A stretch of DNA of 43,599 nt, filler included, from Catajapyx aquilonaris (lineage: Eukaryota): the NCBI GenBank assembly GCA_000934665.2. It is 2 parts of 2 records of this genome, joined end to end, with 100 filler letters (N's around TTAATTAATTAA, not from the genome) between each part and the next. Parts side by side here need not be neighbours in the genome. Positions count along the whole stretch, not along the records: positions 21,843 to 43,599 come from KZ539451.1; 1 more part is not named here. One strand, given 5' to 3'. Position numbers and translations under genes: made by a program. Below, one piece after another: positions 36,718 through 43,599 of this stretch. Within the stretch, counting starts at the first letter, position 1, and each line of letters starts with the position of its first letter. Under the pieces are notes generated by a model that ran no database searches, was not told the origin of the DNA, and was given only the letters and a program-made list of their open reading frames with translations.

Positions 36718-37099
36718 TGCAGCCATTATTTCCTGCGTTAAAATTCAAACACCTGCATCTTAAAAATCTGAAGCAATATTGAGCAGGTTTGAACATGTAT
36801 CATAAGGTGGGACTTTACTCAAGCACACGTGACTATAGCCCGCTCTTTAGCAGTAGAATAACCTGTGCAAAAAATTAAAATATAACAACTGTGCAGCTAT
36901 ATAGGGGATGCTAGGCATATCTGGGTTAAATATATGAATTATTCATCAATATAAAAATTACACCACAAAAAAAATCATTTTTTCCCCCCCTTGCTCACCT
37001 ATGTCAGCACAGGTGAATTTTTTTGGTCTACAGCATGCTAAGAGCTGCAGTAATGTCATGACATCATTGAAAGCCCCATTTTTATGACACATGTTACCC

Positions 37100-37389
37100 T
37101 TTTTTCTCTCTCTTTTTTTTTTGATCCCCCATGATAGGGCCCGAGGCCCTCTTAGGGGGAAGGGGAGGTTCTCAAGGGAGGGTGCTGTGTGGTAGTCATT
37201 TCTGACATTCTTTAAACACCAGGCCTTTTCTCCTGGCCCTGGGCAGAGTAGGGAGTGCAATTCTGCCCCGGCATGTCGGGTGAAAAGTGGAAAAAGACCC
37301 GGCCAAGCAGAGGTGACGGGGATGGGATTTGAACCCCGGCCTCCCGCTTGGCTGGCCAACGGCGTAACCACCAGACCACCATCCCTCCC
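37100..37389 (-). mobile_element. SINE family A, intact
   Basis: Homologous to 84-610; TSD tttatgacaca(t/c)gttacc at 37081 / 37390. Confidence 0.9.
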
Positions 37390-37970
37390 TTTATGACACA
37401 CGTTACCTTAAATATTCATTAATGACATTTTTGGAATTGTGGCCAAGTTCACCTGGCCGGCCAATGTCACCCCATTTGACATTAATATCCTGGAGAGTCT
37501 CATTCATGCTGTTTTCTTCAAACACAAATAAACAACATAGTCATCATCACCATCACATTTCCTTGTGATAGGGGGTAGTGAGTGATGAAGCAGTTGATGC
37601 AATAAATTAATTACTGTTATTGGAATGTTTCACACAAAGAGTATATAAGTGTGAAGAAAGTCCTATGACTACATTGATAAGACACTAAGGTATATGTGCA
37701 TCAGTGGGAGTGACACACTGGCCACTATAGAGGTGGTGAAAAATAATCATCCGATGCTTGGTAAAAGGATCCCAAAAGAGGTCAATTTTGCATTCTTCTC
37801 ACTTTCTTAATGATTAATAATATATTTTAAAACACCTTGATTCATCACTATGGGTAGTGATTAAGTGGTAAATATTGTTAGTTCCAACACTAACAACAGA
37901 CTTTGAAGCATAAAGTGAGGTAATGCCTCAGAGAATTCAAACTAGTAATAATCAAAAGTAACTTCATTAC

Positions 37971-38080
37971 CTTCAAATAAATCACAGCATCAGTTCCATA
38001 GCCTTCATAAGATGTGAGAATCAAATCTCCTTGGAAGTATCGAGCATACAAACGAGATAGAGGCAAACCATATCCATAAC
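37971..38080 (-). CDS. PDK: Pyruvate dehydrogenase kinase, penultimate coding exon (GHKL ATP-binding G2 box)
   Basis: Translates (G)[36 protein letters not shown], the conserved PDK motif. Acceptor ttttcAG at 38082-38081 (phase 1), donor GTaatg at 37970-37969 (phase 0). Upstream exons were not found in the window. Confidence 0.96.
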
Positions 38081-38130
38081 CTGAAAAATAGAAGCAGCAT
38101 TTCAACTCCCAGTAAAAGTCAACACTCTTA

Positions 38131-38256
38131 GGGCCGGTTTCACCGAGGTCGGTATATGATAAAACCAGGGTTCTTTCGGAAAATCCCTACATATTTGAAT
38201 GGATTTTCCTAAAGAAACATGGTTTTATCATATACCGAGCTCGGTGAAACCGGGCC
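38131..38256. mobile_element. PIF/Harbinger (Tourist-like) hairpin MITE
   Basis: Near-complete foldback with TTA on both sides. Confidence 0.8.
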
Positions 38257-38351
38257 TTAGCCATTCAACAAAGCTGTGATGAAAATGATACCTATGACTT
38301 TTTTTCTACTAGGAAATGCATTAGGATTTTTATATTCCCTAGGCCTAGGGT

Positions 38352-38356
<5 letters not shown>

Positions 38357-38408
<52 letters not shown>

Positions 38409-39555
38409 TCATACCCCGTTATCAGCCGGCGGCTCTTTAGGGGGGAATTTTTGTTTTGTCTGGAACTCTTTGCTTGCATTTTTACTTACTGCTTTTTGGG
38501 AGAGGATAGGAACAGTGTTCGAAATTGGGATACGTAGGCAGGTCGCCAGTGGCACCTGATATGTATAGCATGGTCGCCAAAACTGCATGTCTAGTCGCCA
38601 TTACTTTATTTTATTATATATCATTACTGTGCCACAGCATAAAATCGCCTATAGTTATAGTGTACAGCGTTAATATGCTTCACAATTCAGAAGCATAATA
38701 TTTTAGTATTTTACCAACTGCTTCTTTTTAGACACGGAACTGCAATAATAGCCTATACAAATCGCATCAATGATGTATTCACTTTGTTCCTCGGTGTTGA
38801 TTTTATGCTGGCAGACTCCTCTTCTTCCTCGTCAGCTGGTTTGCTGACTTTGGAAATGCTACTGCCCACAAAAAAAATCCGAAATCTTGCGTTTGCCATT
38901 TTCCTCGGGAGAGCACTTCTCGAGTCCGATCCGCCTCTCTTGCCCACTGCGACTCGAAATCAGTCGAAAGACTATCTAAGACTATTTCGAAACTTCTCTC
39001 TCTCCCCTGTCCCCCCCCTCCATATATGCCCATTCTGTCGCCTGTCCCGCTTTCCCCTTTCCCCTCCTCTACATCTGGCTGTGACCCCGCGTAGCCGAGT
39101 CCTTCCTGCTATCCTGCAACCATATTTACCCCAACTTGGAACTTGAACTTGACCCCCGGAGTGAGGACCCCAATAAATACCAGGCGCGCTTCATGATAAT
39201 GAGCCACCAACAGAATCAGAACTGCAGGAACGAAATTGAAAATACGAGGCAGAAATACAATATTGGGAGGGAATAAAGCTAGTCGCCAAAGTGGCGACTA
39301 GCCATCTTTATTCAGTCGCCAATGGATAACCTAAAGTCGCGAAATGCGACTGGCGACCGGTTAATTTCGAACCCTGGATAGGAAAGGAAGGGGGCGGCTG
39401 TGGCCTGTTTATTGGGAAACAACTCCGGAATTCTCCTGGAGAAACTGTGGGAAACCACAGAAAACCACGGTTAGAGTTGCCGGCACCGGGATTCGAACCC
39501 AGGACCTCCCGATTAGCAGTCGGACGCCTTATCCACTATGCCAACCTGCTTCGGT
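38357..39555 (-). mobile_element. SINE family B split by a hAT insertion
   Basis: TSD ctagggttataa at 38345-38356 / 39556-39567. Confidence 0.88.
38513..39376. mobile_element. Non-autonomous hAT element (864 bp)
   Basis: TIR cag(t/g)gttcgaaatt; perfect 8-bp TSD gataggaa; subterminal GTCGCCA motifs; KRKISDFF-like transposase N-terminal relic near 38895-38870 (minus). Confidence 0.9.
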
Positions 39556-39756
39556 CTAGGGTTATAACAAGGCTAATGAGGGATAATATGCATCGGATAT
39601 GTTTCGGATTTGACTCAAAAAATGCATGTTTTTTGGTTAGATATTTCCCTTATGCAGATATTTTTTATAGTATACAGGATGTTTCAATTGAAATGTGTGT
39701 TGTACAAGTAGTTAGTGATATTGGCATTAAGCTACTAATTTGTGAGAGAAATATTG

Positions 39757-40648
39757 TACGAGGGCCGTTCCAAAATGATTTACAATTATTTTCTTGCCAC
39801 AGACACAGCGCCCATGCAGGTCGGAAAATAGGCACACATTATAGATAGAATCCTTCTGGAGCAGAATTCACTAGCACTGGCACTGGTCAACCTCTCCAGG
39901 CCCTCCAGGAACCACTTTTTGGTGGTGCGGCGCACCGACTCCAGGACAACTCTTTCACAGTCAACAATGTCCTCGAAATTGCATCGGCGAAGGGACTTTT
40001 TAAATATATTTGAACAGATGAAAGTCACGGCAGGCAGGGGTCTAATGGCAATTCTACTGACCAGCCAAGCGGGAGGTCCGGGGTTCAAATCCCGTCTGCG
40101 TCAGGCAGTCACAGGCAGTCACCTTCGCTTGGGCGGGTCTTTGTCTGCTTTTCACCCGACATGTCTGGGCAGAATTGCACTCCCTTCTCTGCCAAGGGCC
40201 AAGAGAAAAGGTCTGGTATATTTAAGAGGGTCAGAAATGACTACTTAAGAGCGCCCTCCCTTGGGAACCTCCCCCTCCCCCCCTAAGAGGCCCCCCGGCC
40301 CTATCACGGGGTGTTACAATCTAACAAACAAAGTCACTGGAGGCCAGGCAAGGGGAGTATGGTGGGTGTGGAAGCACTCATAGCAAGATCCATGAAAAAA
40401 TCCCTTCGCCGACGCCATTTTAAGGACATTGTTGGTAGTTACTGACTGAGAAGTTGTCCGGTAGTAGGTGTGTCGCACCTCCAAAAAGTGGTTCCTGGGG
40501 GGCCTGGAGAGGTTGCCAAACCCATGACTCCTGTGCATTCAGCTCCAGGAGGGTTCTGTCGATATTGTGTGCCTATTTGCCGACCTATATGGGCCCTGTA
40601 TTTTTGGCAAAAAAATAAATTGTAAATCATTTTGATACTGCCCTCGTA
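39757..40648. mobile_element. Mariner-derived palindromic MITE, copy 2 (contains SINE A)
   Basis: TA-CGAGGG...CCCTCG-TA; LPHPPYSPCLASSDF on the minus strand at 40374-40330. Confidence 0.88.
40029..40329 (+). mobile_element. SINE family A (diverged) inside mariner MITE
   Basis: TSD aaagtcac at 40021-40028 / 40330-40337. Confidence 0.85.
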
Positions 40649-41496
40649 GTTGTTACTTTTCATGGTTATCAAAGTATTAGCTGCTAATAAGGTCAAACTT
40701 AATAGTTTATCATAGCTCTGAATTGTTGTAAATTTCAAATTGGGAATGGCCAATTGGAACAGTTGTCAATGAATATCAATGATAGAACCCAATTTTTTTG
40801 AGGCCATTGAAAAGGCTCACTTAACTTTCAAAGAAATTGTATAATAGTTTCCCAATGTGCAATGCATTATACACAAGTGGAAGTCCGAGATTTATGACTG
40901 GAATCATTCTGCTTCATTTGCAAGGTTGGGTAAAATATTAACATTTACTGACTCCCGTAAGATTTCAGTAATGCCAAGTATTTCTGTCAATTCACTATCT
41001 CTGGTTTCTCAAGAAATATCTTACCTCCAAGGCCAATGCACCACTTCCAGGCATATGTTTTATGATCAATGTTGCCTCTTTCATTTCTCTGTACATAATG
41101 CTCCACATAAAAGCATGACAAGTGTAACAGGAGCACCCCCTTGTTTACTCCTGACATTTGTAGGCAATCATCAAATGCATGGCAATAATGTACCTTGCAT
41201 GTTACTCTTGGCTACTCATGTGAAGTATAATTGAATGGCCCAATAGAACAAGGGCCCATATCCAGGGTGAAAAAAGGGTGGGGGGTGGAGAAATTAATTT
41301 TTAATTCCTAAACTATTTGAGGTATTAAAGTTCTTTATTGGAAATAGGTCTTAAAGGGCCACACCAACACGTTAATTTTGGCACATCGATGCGGTGCACA
41401 GGCCAGCTTTTATTCCAAATTTTTAACCTTGGACTTGGGTCCTTGTTCTATTGGGAGACACAAAAGGCAGTCAGTATATGTCAGGTGAGGGATATA

Positions 41497-42266
41497 GAGA
41501 GTCCGGATTTTTAGGCACAAAAAAACCCTAAAATAGGCATGAAAAAACCCTGAAATAGGTACTTAAATATGCATGAAAAAACCTCAAATAGGCACAAAAT
41601 TGTTACTTTTTCGGGAGTATGGAGGATAATGTTACAGAAAATTTAAAAGCCAGAATAATTTTATACCGGTATGCCTAAAGTATAAATATAAAGTCACAAA
41701 CCTTAGCAAAAACCGAATAACAACCATAAACTGACACGAAATCACGAAACTCGGGTAAAAAACAAAGTGCAAAAAAGTATCACTTGCTCTGGACTCTACC
41801 ACTTATAGCCAGTTTCCACTTGCACAATATGTTGCCAAATATTTTTCTAAAGTTCCCTCTGTTTGCTACAATCAGAGGAAAATTTAGAAAAATATTTGGC
41901 ATACGCGTCACGGAAACATGATTCATAGTATTACATCTGAGCGATTTTGGTCCTTCCAGGAGCACAAAAAATACTCCGCAACAAACAAACATGCCTCTGA
42001 AAGAATAGGTCTGTAATAGGCCCAAAAAGTACCGAAATTGCTTCAAAAGGTTCAAAAACAATCCCAAAAAAGGCCAAATAGGCATGAAAAGTCGCAAAAA
42101 GCCAGAACAGGCAAAATAGTTCCAAAAACCACGAAATAGGCCATTTTAGGCACTATAAAACCTACATATTCCACATCCTGCACATATGAAATGGATAGAT
42201 CTCTTCACAAAACCATCCCAGCTGCAAAGGAACTAAATAGGCATTTGCCTAAAAATCTGGACTCTA
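41497..42266. mobile_element. hAT-like element (AATAGGC repeats) in the left arm
   Basis: TIR agagtcc(g/a)gatttttaggca; 8-bp TSD g(g/t)gatata; the opposite arm shows the empty site. Confidence 0.85.
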
Positions 42267-42815
42267 GTGATATATTAGATAATAATGTTTATGGTGGACA
42301 ATATATTGATATTTTTCTGCTTTATTTTTGTTTGGTCACATGAGTCAATTCCTGAGGTGCATGGAGAGGTAAAATGGGAAAGTCTTCCTAGCTCACGAGT
42401 CCCACAGTATGGACCTGATGCTGTCTTGGGCATCAAGGTCGTAGGGTACTATCGGGGATAAGGCCCGAATAAAACTGCTATGGGTTCCACGAAGCCCACA
42501 CCGCCACCTCCAGTGTCACAAAACACAACAATAACATGCACTCTGGTCAAGCACAACCTTACCACCTTCTTCAGGTTGACGACCCAGACCTGACTGACAA
42601 TTTCCCATCCCAAATGCCCTAACTCATTCCCAATTGACCTCTCCGGGTACCTTGGGAAATGATCCATGTGACCAAACAAAAATTAAACAGAAAAAGATCA
42701 ATATACTGTCCACCATAAACATTATTATCTAATGTATCACTCACCTCCCATATACTGACTGCCTTTGTTTGTCCCAATAGAACAATGGCCCATGTCCTCA
42801 TCCTATAGAACAAGG

Positions 42816-43062
42816 CTGGAGCCTCATGTAAAAACCATGTATCTCTGATTTGGCCATTTTGAGATATTGCACCTCAAAGTTCGTGATCTGCCATTAGTTC
42901 TTGCATAAATCATACTTGAAAAACTTGAATAACTTTGCAGGAAAACAAGTTAGAGAGACGTGGTTTATACCAGTGGATAGAGCTTGAAAAGACCCGTCCA
43001 ATTGTGGCCTACAAGTAAAAACCCAGTATTTTGAGTTACATGGTTTTTACATGAGGCTCCAG
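42816..43062. mobile_element. MITE with 4-bp TSD in the right arm
   Basis: Perfect 26-bp TIR ctggagcctcatgtaaaaaccatgta; AAGG on both sides, single AAGG in the opposite arm. Confidence 0.85.
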
Positions 43063-43599
43063 AAGGGCCCAAGTCCAAGGTTAAAATTTGGGAATAACAT
43101 CTGACCTGCGCTCATCATCGATGTATCAAAATTAACATGAGTTAGTGTGGCCCTTTAAGGCCTATTTCCAATAAAGAATTTTAATACCTTAAATAGCTTA
43201 GGAATTAAAAATTAATTTCTCCACCCCCACCCTTTTTTCACCCTGGACATGGGCCTGTGTTCTATTGGGCCAGTCAATTATTCCTATCACCATCATCATT
43301 ATCCACCCAAGAAACTCCACACCGAATCATTAGGCAAAGTGTTAAAGGGACACTCCACTCAAAATACACGTTGATCTGTAAAAATCAGGCAAAAAATCCT
43401 GATTCCGGTGATACCATCCGTTTATCTCTGAGACGAACGGTAATGTCAGGGGAAGAGACGAAAGTCGGAAAAAATTCGAGGTCTGTTCGAGAGTGGCGCC
43501 TCCTGGCCTCCTGGCCAAGTTAGGCGACGTTGGATAGTAGTGCCGCCCTTCCCAACGGCGACTTGGATAAGTTGCCTGCGGGTATGGGGATCTGGTTGT

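Larger units (their letters stand above)
41228..43280. mobile_element. Long foldback element (~370-bp arms) with a separate insertion in each arm
   Basis: 41228-41496 + 42267-42380 are inverted at 42627-42815 + 43063-43280. Confidence 0.85.

Noticed and set aside
41025..41089. Minus-strand AG...GTAAGA segment as the next PDK exon
   Set aside because: No frame resembles PDK; at most a cryptic exon.
42449..42600. VIVVFCDTGGGGVG...IAVLFGP, superficially like the PDK/GHKL DxGGG box, on the PDK strand
   Set aside because: It lies in the spacer of a foldback element, lacks YMYSTAP/PLAG, ends in a stop and has no compatible donor; judged coincidental.
43342..43599. TTAAAGGGACACTCC start of a Kolobok-like element
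   Set aside because: Only one end lies in the window, so TIR and TSD cannot be confirmed.

Overview
Eukaryotic (invertebrate, probably arthropod-like) genomic DNA, AT-rich and dominated by interspersed repeats. Two spliced genes are supported. (1) The last two coding exons of mitochondrial pyruvate dehydrogenase kinase (PDK) on the minus strand (37971-38080, 32191-32376). (2) A convergent, compact plus-strand gene of unknown family: 8 phase-consistent exons at 23077-28120 plus a tentative first exon at 20553-20587, giving ~319 aa. The ORF track does not show this gene. The rest is a nested mosaic of at least five tRNA-derived SINE families (many with clear target-site duplications, TSDs), non-autonomous DNA transposons/MITEs (hAT-, mariner-, pogo-, PIF/Harbinger-like, long foldbacks), a non-autonomous Helitron family, decayed LINE and piggyBac fragments, and (ATT)n/(GA)n microsatellites. 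A 100-nt artificial spacer (44 N + TTAATTAATTAA + 44 N) at 21743-21842 means the two halves may not be truly adjacent. The most interesting items are the unknown gene, two abutting loop-less palindromes at 5106-5245, a 3' tail module shared by several SINE families, and mariner MITEs built from an inverted duplication of the transposase 3' end. All family assignments are from memory of motifs; no database search was run.
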